From: Oikopleura dioica | Taxonomy: Eukaryota; Animalia; Chordata | Length of the DNA: 64,000 nucleotides | Assembly (NCBI GenBank): GCA_907165135.1 | Contig: OU015569.1 | Coordinates: 1,426,001-1,490,000, forward strand | Direction: 5' to 3' | Part shown: positions 37,099 to 50,819 of the stretch, one piece after another | How positions within the stretch are numbered: the stretch's first letter is position 1 | Layout of the letters: each line of letters starts with the position of its first letter | Notes under the pieces: model-generated | What the model saw: the letters and a program-made list of their open reading frames with translations, nothing else | The model's database searches: none | What the model was told of the DNA's origin: nothing | Made by a program: the position numbers and the translations under genes

Positions 37099-37678
37099 TT
37101 ATCCTTTCTTTCTGTATTTTCTGATGGTTTCTTCGACGAACTGGTCTTTGGCCGATTTGAAAGTGCCAGTTTGAAAGCTTTTCTTCGCATTCCCGCGCCC
37201 GAAGCCAAGAGGCGTTTTCACCTTCACCTCGGGCACGTGATCGAAGTAATTCTCGGTGACTTTGCCTTCACTCCGGAACTTGCGCGAGCCAAAAGACTTT
37301 CCTTTCGTATTTCGAACGCTTTCTGTAACAGTCCCAGATCGTTTGATTTTTAATAGTTCTTCGTATGCTTCTTTTATTTCGATATATTTGTCATTTTTTG
37401 CCTGAACATTCAAGTTTTCGCTTGTATTAAATTTACGAGCTACGAAGACTGGCAATTCTAAGACCACACTAGAACTTTACCTTGTTCCCTTGCGCCAAGT
37501 CCGGATGATAAATGCGGGACTTAGAGTAAAAGGCCTTTTTCAACTCTTCAGCGGAGGCATCTTGTCCGACTCCCAGCAGCTCTCTGTAATATGGAACCCC
37601 TTTGAAAGACTGTAGTGGCGTCAGGCGCACAGTACGAGTCGTTAGCTTCAGGGCCTGCCGAACATTTAGCATATACAT
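37099..37678 (-). CDS. J-domain (DnaJ-type) protein with a possible mitochondrial presequence
   Basis: YYRELLGVGQDASAEELKKAFYSKSRIYHPD, then KYIEIKEAYEEL after one intron; Arg/Leu/Thr-rich N-terminus. Confidence 0.8.
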
Positions 37679-37893
37679 CTAATCAATCAATTTTTAGATC
37701 ATTTTCTTTTTAAAATTTACAGTTTATTAAATATTATGATAAGGAATTTCAGAACAGGAGTTATCAGTTTAATGAAGAAGTGGAAGATGTTTTGAACAGA
37801 AGAAACAGAAGACGAAGGAATTCTAAGGCGTTATTGTGATTGATAAAGGAAAAGAATGGCTACAGTAACTTACACAGGAAAAAGGCAAAAGAA

Positions 37894-40168
37894 CTACGAT
37901 TCATTATTGGGAGAGAGCAAGGCCTGATCCCACGGGGTTTTTCGATGACGCTGGTAAAAGAGCATCGCGGATAATAACAAAATCCCGAACAGGATGAATG
38001 AAAGAGTGAGACCCAAAAGTAAGCTGGTAGAAGACTCTCGGAGACGAACAATTCCCGAATGTTCTTCTATCATATCGTCAGAGTGAAGTAGAGTCCAGGA
38101 TTCTCCATTTGAAGAAAGAACTGAAAACCCACCAGCGCTGAAAATTATTATCATCTTCTTGCATAATTTCTCTTCAAAAAACAGAGACTTGATAGCTGAA
38201 CCATGAGAATTCTTAGTCACGCAATGTTCTATTTGAATAACCACTCTATTTCAGTTCACTTTATTTGTGAACTCAAGTTCAACTGAAATGAACCAAGTTC
38301 TCTTATTGACCCATTTTTAATATTGATAATGCTTTACTTACGATTGAGTGAAGGATGATCCATTTAAAACAGTATTCGGATTAACTCTGAAGTATTTTTC
38401 GGGCATAGACAGGGGCGCATTTGGAAATAGTTCTTCTAGGACTTCTTCGCTAATTTCTTCACAAATACCGTGAACAGCAGCTTGAAGACCAGTTCCAGAA
38501 CAATCCCCTTTCGATTGGTAAACAAGCGCGTCAACAGGAATCGCATTTGCCCCGTTTTGAAAATCTTTGAGGAAGCAAGTAGACTTTAGTCCCGTTAGTA
38601 CTTTGTGAGATGTAGATGGATTTGAATAAGAAACTGTATAAGCGCTCTCTTCGGTTAAACAAGTCGTGCTCGATTTGAGTCCGTGAAGGTCAGTTTTCCT
38701 ATCGCCTTTGCCGCTATTTGGTGGGTTGTTGTCGCTTCCCGTCCAGTGAAGATTGATTAGGCCGGATTTGGGCACGCTGAGCACATTCGGGTGAATAGAC
38801 TGGTACATGTTCGGATACACCTCGAGCGAGTTTCCACGCTTGCCCGAGATAGTCAAGTCAACTATTTCATTACCCACGGATGGTTTTTCAACGGTGAAAG
38901 AATGCGTCCTGTCTTGGAAAGTTCGACCGTACTGGCCAGTATTGATGTTCAACTGATTTTTCACAAGCGGCAAGTCTTTGAAAATCTGCACTTGGGGATT
39001 CGCTCGGAGCTCGTAGCCTCGTTCGCCGCCATTTAGGCCATAGAGAGGGCCCATTCGCAGTTTTGAAGAAGACGAATCTTGAGTCGTTGGATAGTCGCCA
39101 GTGGAAATATTGTATCGGACGCGGATAGTACAGGGCGTATTCGTCGGAAAGTCATCAGGAATGCGCCACTGGAACTTGGAAAGTGTTCCTGGACCATTGT
39201 CGCCATGGAAATTATCGCGGCTAGGCGTTGGCGAGCCGCAGAAAGGCCTTTGATCGTTTTTCTCTGCCTCCCATTTTACTGGAACTGCGGAGAACTGATC
39301 GCAGCCTTCTTTGGTCAGCGGCAATTTCGGCCCATTTTCGCCAAGTGTTTCCAGATCCTTCTGATTGCGGACTTTACAATAGCCGGAATAATCATCAAGC
39401 GAGGCAAGGAGCTTGCTGCAATCTTGATAGTCGGTTAAAATGGCGATATCTTTCCAGGGGGAGCGACCCCAGTAAGGATAGTAATCGCGTTCTTCTGGAC
39501 ATTCAAGGCCGTAGCGGTTTCCGTTGTTGTTTTGCCTCGTGTACTGAGATTAAAACTTGAAGACTTTGAAATTAGACTTGGTTTACCTTGGCTGATGAGC
39601 CTTTGAGTTTTTGGGTGCTGGTGAAAAGGCCTTTGTTCCTTTCGCGAGCCTTGCAATAGGCGTAGTTGGCGTGACTCTCGTGCATTCCATGTTCTGGTTG
39701 TGGATCGCCTTCCAGAGGAATGGTACCAGGGTTTTTGCCATCGCGAAGTTCTCTCGAGCACATGTATTGGATAACTTATTAGGGCTTTCTTAAACTATCC
39801 TTGTTTCGGAAATAAAATTGATCAGAAAAAAACTTGTAAAATAAAACGAAACATCAATGGGATTGTCCCTTTGAGTAACTATTTAAAACCATTCCTGTAT
39901 CGCAGTGAGCATTTCCAGAGTTGCAGGAGTGTTGCTGAGTGTAAGATATGTCCAGTGTCTGGCCTCTATATAAGACCAGTTCCTGAAGTCCTTTATTTAC
40001 TCCTCCACGGTTGTTATTCTGCGAGTCGAACAAGCGATTGGCATTTTTCCTCGCTCTTCCATCTCCATTGAGTCTGTTGTTTGATCCTCGAGGATGCGTT
40101 ACATAGATATCTGCACTAACTACAGAGAGCGCTGATACGTATAGAATCCATTTTTCCTCCCATTTCAT
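37894..40168 (-). CDS. DD3-3-like type I membrane protein
   Basis: Signal peptide, then HPRGSNNRLN...NANRLFDSQNNNRGG, QQHSC, IRVRYNISTGDY, NTGQYGRTFQDRTH, GKRGN, HWTGS (motifs I recall from the DD3-3 family); C-terminal TM. Confidence 0.8.
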
Positions 40169-40202
40169 TCTGAATAAGCCTTTGATTTAGTAGTTTGTAG
40201 TT

Positions 40203-41205
40203 TTAGTTCTCGACTAAAAAGCGCAAAAACAAAGAAACAGCTTCGTCTGAAGTCTTGGCAGTCGGCAAATTGCGAAGGTAGGTGATGAATTGCTGACGAA
40301 CGCGCCCCAGTTGAACGGGTGTCTTCGCTTCTTCTAGCGTCACACTTTCTCCGATACAAGTCTAAACGTTTTGGTAAGTCCATGACCAGCATCAAAACGG
40401 GGCACCTTTACTGTAACGCCGCAACCTCCAGCGTCTTTCTGTGCACTTAGAATTTGCTTGATGATTTCTTTGACCTTCTTATCCGTCTCTTGAAGGAAAT
40501 CTGTGCTCTTCAGTGGCGGATTTGTCGTCGCTCGATTACTTTTCAACCCTAGAGGAAAAAGCTCAATAACTGCTCATTTCTCAGCGCCTTACCTTTGCCT
40601 GAAGCGGCCCCTAGAAGCGTCTCCTTCTCAATTTCCTCCTCGTCTAAAAGTGGGATAAGAGGCGACTCCCATCTTCTATTTTTGTCTGGTTCTTCCCATC
40701 TCATAATCAGCTCATCTAATTGTTGCTTCGTGTAACTTTCGCTTTCCCTAGCCTCATTTCTTTCTCGACAAAGCTGATGATTCCCAACTGGCACTACTGT
40801 ACAGCAAGTGGTACTGGCAGCGCGGGCGATGCACCAGAGCTCGTAGCGGAAACCCTTGATGTAATTTGGACTGTCGACAATTGTGATCGTGCTTTTTGAA
40901 ATGTACTTTTCTACTTGATTGCGAATTCTTCCTCGTGCTTCTTTTTCTGCTCCGAAATCGCCATAGTCTTTTCTAGCGTTTTTAATGTTAATTCTTTCTA
41001 TAAAAAGTCCTGCAAATCATAAAATACAAAACAAGTATTCTTAAAAACGCATTCCTGAATATTTCACCCCAGCCAATTCATCATTGACGGTAGTAATCGC
41101 GGACCAGCCGCGTTTTTCTAGCTCCGGCTTCAAAATTTCTCTAATTTCTTCCGTTCTTTTCGTTTTTCCAGAACAAGGCAGTCCACAAACGATGATTAGC
41201 GGCAT
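40203..41205 (-). CDS. KTI12: KTI12 (Elongator-associated P-loop protein)
   Basis: MPLIIVCGLPCSGKT; DSPNYIKGFRYELWC; RWEEPDKNRRWESPL; C-terminal LGRVRQQFITY reached through a 44-nt intron. Confidence 0.9.
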
Positions 41206-41814
41206 TCTTTCGTCCTTTTCTTTCTTCCCTTTTACGAAAATTCTTCTCTTTTACGCTTTTCTTCTGGCGCTGCTGCCTTCAGTGGGAAAATTCAATGATG
41301 ACTCATTCTGACACTCAACGACCAGCGACAATGAAAAAAAGCGAGCAAACTCCGGCCAGCGCGGACAGAGAAAAAACTAAATGATAAAATGAAACTCAAA
41401 GTTGGTTCGTTAACTGCAGATATGTTAGAATGCAATTTGATGTACTTTTGGAAGAAAGAGGAACGACAATGAAGAAATAATGATCAAATACGACATTCAT
41501 TCGAACAAGAAGATATTTTGCATGAAGAACTGACGAAACCTATTTCCTCATTAGCTTTACGAATTATTCTTCTGTATTCCCATTTTTTTAGCAAAATACA
41601 AACCTACGCGTAGTCTCTACCGGAGGCATCAGCCCGGTATCATCAAAAAACGCGAGAAAACTAAAACTGCCGGATTTATCCAACCCTTTATTTTTATCAC
41701 CAGAGAAGATATATTTTCATAAATAATAACAAACAGTTTACTGTAACCTTAGAACAATTATTTCTCACTTATCGCGAGCTCAAAATGATTCAATCTAAGG
41801 TTGAATATTTTCAG

Positions 41815-44800
41815 ATGTTAATAAAATTCGACGCGAAATCGGCCAGGGTGAAGGGTTTATCCTTTCACCCAAAGAGGCCGTGGATTCTCTGCTCGCTCCA
41901 CAATGGGTCGATTCAACTTTACGATTACCGAATGCTCACTAGAATCGAACAATTCGAGGAGCACGACGGACCAGTTCGAGGAATTGCCTTTCACAGTCAG
42001 CAGCCCCTCTTTGTTTCTGGAGGAGACGATTACAAAATCAAGGTTATTCATCTACTAATTCATTAATTAGCCAATATCAATTAGTGAAAGACATGTTTTA
42101 GCCTCTTACTAGTAGTAAAATTATCATTTGTAGCGATTTTAATCCTTGACAGGCTATTTTTTGAAGCAAGAGAAACTAACCTCCACGTTGGCCGTTGTGA
42201 CGTCAATAAAAGAATCAACGGCGCGTAGGCTACGTGGCCTTAGGAGGGAGCGCTAAATTCTAAACGATCCCTTTTAGGTCTGGAACTACAAGCTCAAAAG
42301 ATGTCTCTTCACCTTGCTGGGTCACTTGGACTACATCCGAACAGTTTCCTTCCACTCCGAGTTGCCCTGGATTCTTTCGTGCTCGGACGATCAGACAATC
42401 CGAATCTGGAATTGGCAGAGTCGCTCTTGCGTCTCCGTCTTGACCGGACACAACCACTACGTTATGTCTGCCCAGTTCCATCCAACAGAAGATCTCGTCG
42501 TCTCCGCCTCGCTCGATCAGACCGTTCGAATCTGGGACATTTCCAACTTGAAAACGAAGAACAGCTCCGGCGCACCTGGCATGTCCGGTCCAAGTGGTCC
42601 AGGAGGATCCAACAGTGGCAACTCTCCTCAATCGCTTGACCTCTTCTCCACCAGTGGTGCTCAGGTTAAATCGGTGCTTGAAGGCCACGACCGAGGAGTC
42701 AACTGGGCCTCTTTCCATCCTTCCATGCCATTGATCGTCTCTGCTGCTGATGATCGACAGGTCAAACTGTGGCGATACAACGAGACGAAAGCATGGGAGC
42801 TCGACACTTGCCGTGGTCACTACAACAATGTCTCCTGCTGCTTGTTCCATCCTCGTCAGGAGCTCATCCTCTCCTCATCCGAAGATAAGTCGATTCGAGT
42901 CTGGGACGTGCAGAAGCGAACCGGTCTCCATACCTTCCGTCGCGACCACGATCGATTCTGGATCATGTCTGCCCATCCAACTCTCAACCTCTTTGCAGCT
43001 GGCCACGATCAAGGTCTCATCATCTTCAAGCTTGAGCGTGAGCGCCCAGCTTACGCCAGCAACGGCAATTTGGTCTACTACGTCAAGGACAAGTTCTTGC
43101 GACAGTTGGATCTCACCACTTCCAAGGATACGCCACTCATGATGCTCCGAGCTACCACTCAGAAGGCACCAGTCTATTCCATGAGCTACAATGCGGCAGA
43201 GAACGCAGTCTTGCTCTGTACCCGATCTTCCAACGTGGAAAACTCCACTTACGACCTGTACCAGGTTCCCAAGTCTTCGGACTCTTCGAACCCTGATCAG
43301 CCAGAAGGCAAACGATCATCTGGATTGACAGCCGTTTGGGTGGCCCGAAACCGATTCGCTGTGATCGACAGAACTCATTCGATCCAGATCAAGAATCTCA
43401 AGAACGAAGTCACAAAGAAAATCCAGTTGAATGGAGTGGACGAAATCTTCCAGGCCGGCCCAGGACACTTGCTTCTTCGGGATTCGGAAGGAATCACGCT
43501 CTACGATGTCCAACAGAAGCGAAACCTCGCTCAGGCTAAGATCGGCAAGGTCAAATACGTCATCTGGTCGCCAGACAACTCCCAAGTCGCTCTTTTGGCC
43601 AAGAACCAGATCCTCATCTGCAATAAAAAGCTCGAAACACTCGCCAAAATCACCGAAAACCGCGTCAAATCCGCCGCCTGGGACGAAAACGGCATTCTCA
43701 TTTACACCACCGCTCATCACATCAAATATGCCCTTCCCAATGGTGACCACGGAATTATCCGAACTCTGTACGTCCCGATCTACATCACCAAGGTCCAGGG
43801 TAGCAAGGTATTCTGCTTGGATCGAGAAGCACGCCCTAGAATCCTCAACATCGACCCTACCGAGTACAAGTTCAAACTCGCCCTTGTTCAACGTAAATAC
43901 GACGAGGTCCTCCAAATGGTTCGTGGTGCCAAGCTCGTCGGCCAGTCTATCATCGCTTATCTCAAAGAGAAGGGATACCCAGAAGTCGCCCTTCACTTTG
44001 TCAAAGATGACAAGACCCGGTTCGCACTTGCTCTCGATTGCGGCAACATCGAAGTTGCTCTGGAAGCGGCTCGAAGCCTTGACGATAAGTCCTGTTGGGA
44101 GCGTCTTTCTGAAGCTGCCCTCCAGCAAGGAAACGTTGAAGTTGTTGAGCTCTGCTACCAGCGAACTAACAATCTCAACAAGCTTTCATTCTTGTATCTT
44201 CTCAACGGCAATCACGACAAGCTGAAGAAGATGATGAAGATCTCTGCTGTCAAAGGAGACGTGTCTGGTCACTTCCAGACTTCCCTCTACCTCGGCGATG
44301 TTGAAGAACGAATCAACATTCTCAAGGGTTGCGGACAGAAGTCGCTCGCTTACCTCACCGCCGCTACTCACGGTCTTTCCGAACAAGCTGAAGAAATTAA
44401 GGAAGGCGTCCAAGGTGAACTTCCGACTCCACTTGAAGATGCTGCGCTCCTTGTTCCACCACCATGCAAGACCAAGGACAACGGAAACTGGCCGCTGCTG
44501 ACCGTCTCCAAGGGCTTCTTCGAAGGTGCAATCAAGAACAAGGGCGCTGGCATTGCTGACGATGTCAACGATGATGATGACGATGGCAGCGTCGGCTGGG
44601 GCAATGATAGTCTTAACTCTGAAGCGAGTGACGACGAAATCGAAGCCAAATCCGAGGATGGCTCTGGTTGGGGCGGCGATTCCGATGACGACCTCGACAT
44701 TCCAGACGATATCGATATTGGACCAGATCCAGTCGGCGACGGCAGTTACGTTCCACCAACCAAGGGTACCAGCCAGGCAATCCACTGGGCCAACAACTCC

Positions 44801-45918
44801 CAGCTTGCTGGAGATCACGTTGCTGCTGGGTAAGTAGATTTAATTATTTATTTTTGTTTACAAAATCCCAGCTCCTTCGAGTCTGCATGTCGACTTCTTC
44901 ACGATCAGCTGGCAATGGTTGATTTCACTGAGATGAAGCCTGTCTTTATGCAGTGCTACGCCGGTGCTCGATCCTCTTTCGTCGGTCTTCCATCTCTCGT
45001 CCCTATGACTGGCTTCCCTCATCGCAACTGGCGAGATGCTGGACCAAAGAATGGACTTCCAAACATTTCCATCAAGCTCGAAACTTTGACTGACCGACTC
45101 CAGGAAGCTTACACTGTAAGATTGCTTCAGTTCATTCTCAATTTAACTTTGCTAATTTTAGCTGACGACCAAGGGTAAGTTCCAGGATGCCGTTGATACC
45201 ATGCGTCGAGTGATGCTCCTTGTTCCCTTGACCGTTGTCGACACCAAGAACAAAATCGCCGAGGCCCAAGAGCTCATCCGAATCTGCCGTGAATACATCA
45301 TCGCTCTCTCAATGGAAATTGAACGAAAGACCCTGCCAAAGGTTTGTTCTCGATAAAGCAACATCTAGTCCTAACATTTAATTCCAGAGCGAGGCCAAGC
45401 GCTCTTGCGAAATGGCTGCTTACATGACGCACTGTCAACTGCAGCCCAAACACTTGATCCTCTCCCTCAACACAGCGATGACCCTTGCTTACAAGATCAA
45501 AAACTTCAAGTCTGCCCACGCTTTTGCCAAGCGGTTAATCGAGATGGGACCCAAGCCCGAAGTCGCGCAAAAAGCTAGAAAGGTAAACCAACATCTAAGT
45601 AACACTCAGTAACTCTTGAATATTCAGGTTCTCGCTGCTTGCGAAAAGAATCTTTCCGACGAGGTCGCTCTCGATTATGATCAGCATAATCCCTTCGACC
45701 TTTGCGCTGCATCATACACGCCAATCTACAGGTAAACCCAGTCACTCAATTATCAGATACTAAACATACTTTTCAGAGGAAAGGCTGTGGTCAAGGACCC
45801 TCTCTCCGGAGCTTCATACCTTCCAGAATACAACGGACAAGTGTGTCGCGTCACCAAAGCCACGAAAATCGGCGCCGATGTTGTCGGTCTCCGCATTAGC
45901 CCTATTCAGTTCCGTTAA
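41815..45918 (+). CDS. COPA: Coatomer subunit alpha (alpha-COP)
   Basis: [23 protein letters not shown]; WD40 repeats in ORF 42314..44833; C-terminal [10 protein letters not shown]; 7 exons. Confidence 0.98.
42183..42238. promoter_or_regulatory. Cluster of bZIP-type sites in COPA intron 1
   Basis: CCACGT 42183-42188, TGACGTCA 42198-42205, TACGTGGC 42231-42238. Confidence 0.55.
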
Positions 45919-46161
45919 ATCACTATCTTAACTCCACTTGATAAAAACGCAAGTTTATGTTCAGCAACTTTCAATATTTTAGTATCATTCTAAGTGCAAT
46001 CTGTATTTAAAAATAAACCAAACTTCATTTCCCCAATAACAAAAAATCCCAACTAGAAAGTATCCGTACTTTCTACTTATTCGTGCATTACAGCATTTTT
46101 GCAGCAGTTGTTTGTATATTTATTGCATTTACATTTGTACAGGAATTTGGCCTCGCCTGTT

Positions 46162-49100
46162 TCAGGACTCGCTTGATAGCATTACTTTGTTGAATAGTTC
46201 GAGCACTTCGCCTTGCATCTTTTGGATTTTAGCTAAAACGAAAGATTTAATCGAATAATTTAAAATTAGCAAGAAAACTGGGAATTCCGAATAGCATCGA
46301 CTTTCTAGAAACGTTCTTCTTTTCTTATGAGAACCATAAGTATGTGAAAGTTATGATATTTAAACAATATTGGTCGAATGATCTGAATATCCATTTTTCG
46401 TCAATGTTTGCGGTTATCTTGGCTATGATTAAACTTAATGATCCGGAAAGCGATGGATCATCGGAGAACCTTGTATACGCCGGCATACGGGGAGTAAATC
46501 TCCATCTGAGCCAACTTACGACTACCCAGGTCGATGACCAGATCACCGATCAAGCCCGCCTATTTTTACGGAAGCATATGCTTATAAGTATGCTTCATTG
46601 AGTTATGACTGTCACTCGGAAAACATCGCGGCCCGATCTACTTTAGTTTAAACTCACACTGTTGTTCATTGAGTTGTGAGTTGATTTGTTCGAGCGCATT
46701 CTCCATGTCGGTATTTTGATTTTTCAACTTCGCATTCATATTCGAGATATTTCCCTCCGCGTTGTGAAGATTAATTAGCTAAACAATCAAATTGGTAACT
46801 TCCAACTTTCACTTACGTTTTCTTCAATTTTCTTGTTGGAGAGTTTGAATTCCTCACTCAGCGCGTCGAACTGCAAGTTCCAGTCCGACTTTTCGTTGGT
46901 TAGTTGTTCTCTTTCTCGGGTGCATCAATCATTCCCCAAAAAAAGGGATGAAATAAAAGTAGACTGATAAAGCACCTTTCCTAGTTTTGGCAACGTCAAT
47001 CTGTAGGTTCTTTAATCGATGGTTCACGCCCCTATCAGAACCTCAATTTGCTTTTATTAATTGACTACTTGTATAATCGTCTTACCAGAACCAAGAACAG
47101 CGTTTTTCGCCTTCAGCAACTGTTTCGACTGGTCAGATAGGTTTTCGAGCATTTTCGCATGATCTACGATTATTTACTAGCGGTTTTAAATCACGTGTTT
47201 TTGGACATACCGTTGTACCATTTTTTCATGACGACCATTGTGTTGATAACGCCCTTTCCAGCATCCGTCAGATTTCTGAACGACAGCTCGCCATCAATTT
47301 TATTCCCAAAGAGCAGATACTCCATCTCTTGTACCGATAGAGTTTGTTGAGTGACGAGTTCTTGCGCTTGACCAACGTCAGCACTAGAAGAGCGTTATAT
47401 TCCCGCCTGGGATGGTCTTATTCTTCACCTGACTTTGTTAACGCGCTGGGAGAAAGAGTCCCAGCGCTCTTCGTTGTTTGAAAATTGCACCACTAAAATA
47501 ATCATTCCAGAGATAATATTTCGTTTGAAAATTACCAGTGACTAGAACTAGCGAGAGAGTAATTGCGAGGCAGATTATGTTCGTAAGGAGCGATGCGTTT
47601 TTCTTCATCAAGTCAAAGGGCGTTCGTTTGAACAACACTGACTCGACATCTGTATCTATTGTACCTTAATCACTCTCTTGATAAATTAGTTACAATCACA
47701 CTGGGTACCTTGTTTGTGGAGCGAAAAGCGCGAGCGTGACTGAAGTAGTGGCGAAGTTCCATGTGCTCCTCCACCAGCACCGCCGCTCTGGTTCAATGCA
47801 CGAGGGAGCGAGTTAGTTTTCATCAAGCTTGATTTCTCTCTTCTTTCATTTGGGTGAAAACTTGCAATTAATATTATGATTGCTAAGAATAACATAAAAA
47901 GATTTAAATTCCTTTCGGCAGAATTCATCCCTTTTTCCTAATTTCATGATTATTGAGCGAGTAGTTTCTATGTAGCTGTGGCCTGATTGCTGGATAGGGC
48001 GTAATTTCATCGATGTTCTCTACAATCACACAATCTGCTTGATTCGCCCCGTCGTAAGTAGTGCTCGAGTCGGCTGTATGCGACGACATCGTCCTGCTTC
48101 GTTGCTTGCGTTTTCTCAACAGGCTCTTCTTGTTGCTCTCATTGCTCTCGCAGGTCTCATAGGCGCAGTTTTTGGCACAGAGCTCTCTGAAGCGCGTTCG
48201 CTTTATTTTTTATTTGCCCTTGCTATAATAACTTTGGCTTCTCTTTACTGTACTTACGTTGAACAGTAAAGCGAAGAGTCCTCTGAGTTGATTTGAAGGT
48301 GTCGAAATTAAAATTAAATTAAAAGACGTTTTGTTTACCTATCTGACTAGATAGAGATGAGCCAGCGCAGTCCAATCCCTCCAGATCGCAAAGATTCAAC
48401 TTCAAAAATATTTTTCGTGAAACGAGCTCTCTCACAACGAGATTGTTAGCTTAGCTACTGAACTTATCTGATCATATAAAAGAGCATCGTTTATTCTATT
48501 TAGGACATCATTTATAATTGAATTTGACATTGTTTTGAGGGAGTTTGAAGCGGTTAAAGAGTTTGGAGAAAGTGTGCAGTTGAATTTTTGACATCGATTA
48601 GTTGATATAAAAATAAAATAATGCCAGCAGGCATTGCCCAAATCTTAAGATCTTAGTGCCAAGGAAAAGCTCAGATCCTGGACTTTCTCAAACTGTCATA
48701 AGTACTCATTACTACGATAAAAAAGGGATGATTTTATCAATGAGAATTAAGGCAATTATTGAAGCATACCTCCTGAAGTTCGCTAAGACTTTCAGAATAA
48801 ACATCGGCGACGTAAAAACATCCGATCTTCTTTCTCACTCTTGGCTTCTTTGGCCGCGCTAGAATGCTAGAATATTGCACGGTTGAAATTTTTACTTTGA
48901 GAGGATCTATTTCCAAGAGAACGAATAAGACGTAGACTTCCTCGACCGCGCGATTTCCTCCTTGATCCCGAAAAGCTGCTTCTCAGTTTTTCTTGATAAG
49001 TTTCATCAACAATAATTATGGTACTTTGTCAAAGTTGAACTTTCGAAGAGTTGTGACCTTTGAAATAGAGTGCAGTTGAAACTTTCCTTCGATCGAGAGA

Positions 49101-49897
49101 CTTTTCCAAAGTCCATTCAGCGTCCTTGGGAATGGCTTTTTGTTGCTTCGCTGGGTGCGTCTAATTGATCAGAATGAAAAAGAAAAACAAAGACCTCGTG
49201 ATAAATATTTACTCGGTTGATGTACTACGACCGCGGAAGGGACCCCTCAGGGACTTTTCAAGGACGCGTTTTATTACGTTCAAGAAGTTCAAGAAAGAAT
49301 CATCTTCTAGCATATTTAATCTTCTTTACCTGGAGATAGCGATCGTTTCCTTTTCTTGATATCTGCACGCACCTGAAATTTCATGAGCATAAATTATTGA
49401 GTTTGATTTATATTAACCTTCGTGCTCTTCGTTGTCATCAAATACTTCAGTAGACTTTTCTTGGAACATAACTTGAGACTTTTCGTCTTTGACAACTTTC
49501 GGGGTCGAAGGTTCCATGTGATTTTCAAAGAATTGATCGATGAGTTCTTCTAAGTCTGAGAATTTGGTCTGCTCTGGAATGGGATCAAAAGAATCGTTAG
49601 ATTATTAAATCTACTGTTGAAGACTTCTTTATCCTTTCCTGGAAATTGAAAGTCGTTTAGATAATCAATCGACTCATTCTTTTCCTTGTCCTTTCGCGTT
49701 AGAGACATATATTTATCCGTGCATAAAACTTCGTCACTTCCATTTTCTGGCTAAAGTGACGCTAGTATAATTTGAAGATTATGAAAGCGAAAACTTACAT
49801 CAACACGAGTGCTATTGCTAGTAACACATTTATCTTCCTGTGTCGTTTGGGCTTTACTTGAGACAAAGTCCAGAAACTTTTGGGCGATTTCTCTCAT
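46162..49897 (-). CDS. Unknown multi-exon protein: basic/acidic N-terminus, single TM, C-terminal coiled coil; exon structure only partly resolved
   Basis: Short GT-AG exons encode KKRKRSLSP, RPKKPRVRKK, TM LLTNIICLAITLSLVLVTVV and heptad-rich segments (KEREQLTNEKSDWNLQFDALSEEF), ending KVMLSSES* at 46162. Confidence 0.6.
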
Positions 49898-50819
49898 TCC
49901 GCTCAAAATTACTCCCTTTTCAGTCACTCATCTGGAGTAACTGATCAAACAAATCCAAGACTTCCCTTTTTGGATCTTTTCGCTGCAAATCAAAGATCTT
50001 ATACGTTTACTTCAACATATCATATGGAATAAATAAGTTATTTTTCAATTAAACAAACTGTTTTTTTTTTTACTTTTGATTAAATTGCGACCCGATTTTT
50101 GTAATTTTCAAGCGCAATCCTGGCTCGCACATAATTGTGTTCAAGTCTCTCATAATGTTCTCTCTCGGTGCCTTCATTTTTATAGCTTAACTTTTCTTAT
50201 ACTAAAAAAGTTACAGAGACTGACAGTGTTCTCAAACTCAAAGATGAAAGTTTCTGTCCCGCTCTTGACATGCTAATTGATTTATGATGACATAACAAAG
50301 CGAGAAATCACTCATTTCCTAGTCTTTCCGCAAAAGTATTAATCTTATCCTCTTTGGCGCTAAAATATAAGACTGGAAATAAAAAGAAGACACTTTCAAG
50401 CAGCGAAAAAAACTACTTGAACGTCAAGGCGACAAGGATCTTCGAAACATGGTGTTCAAGAAATCGGGTTAAATTTGTACGATCCAGCTTGCAAGGCCGC
50501 TCAGTACGTCAAATTAGACTTCTATGCCGTCGTATCTTGTCTATCTCGAAAACTCGGCCTTCAAATCGGTGCTTTTTCAAGGTTTTCAAGGTTACTGATG
50601 ATAAATTTCCGCTTGTGACGCGTCTTTACAGTGCTTCGCCGAAGCAAATTTTGCATTCTGATTGTTTGCGAAGGGGTTTGTACAGGCGATGTCCTTGGAT
50701 TAAGCGTCCTTGAGTCGATAAGAATCACCGGAATTTTACTTCAAGGACAAATTCTGTTTGTTTCTCCTATAAATATCTCTCAACATCCTTCTCTAGGAAT
50801 CACAAACTGCATTTCCAAA

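Noticed and set aside
40340-40400. Premature stop in KTI12
   Set aside because: A 44-nt GT-AG intron restores the conserved C-terminal frame.
42260-44818. Long antisense and alternate-frame ORFs over COPA
   Set aside because: Shadow ORFs of a codon-biased CDS with no recognisable motifs.
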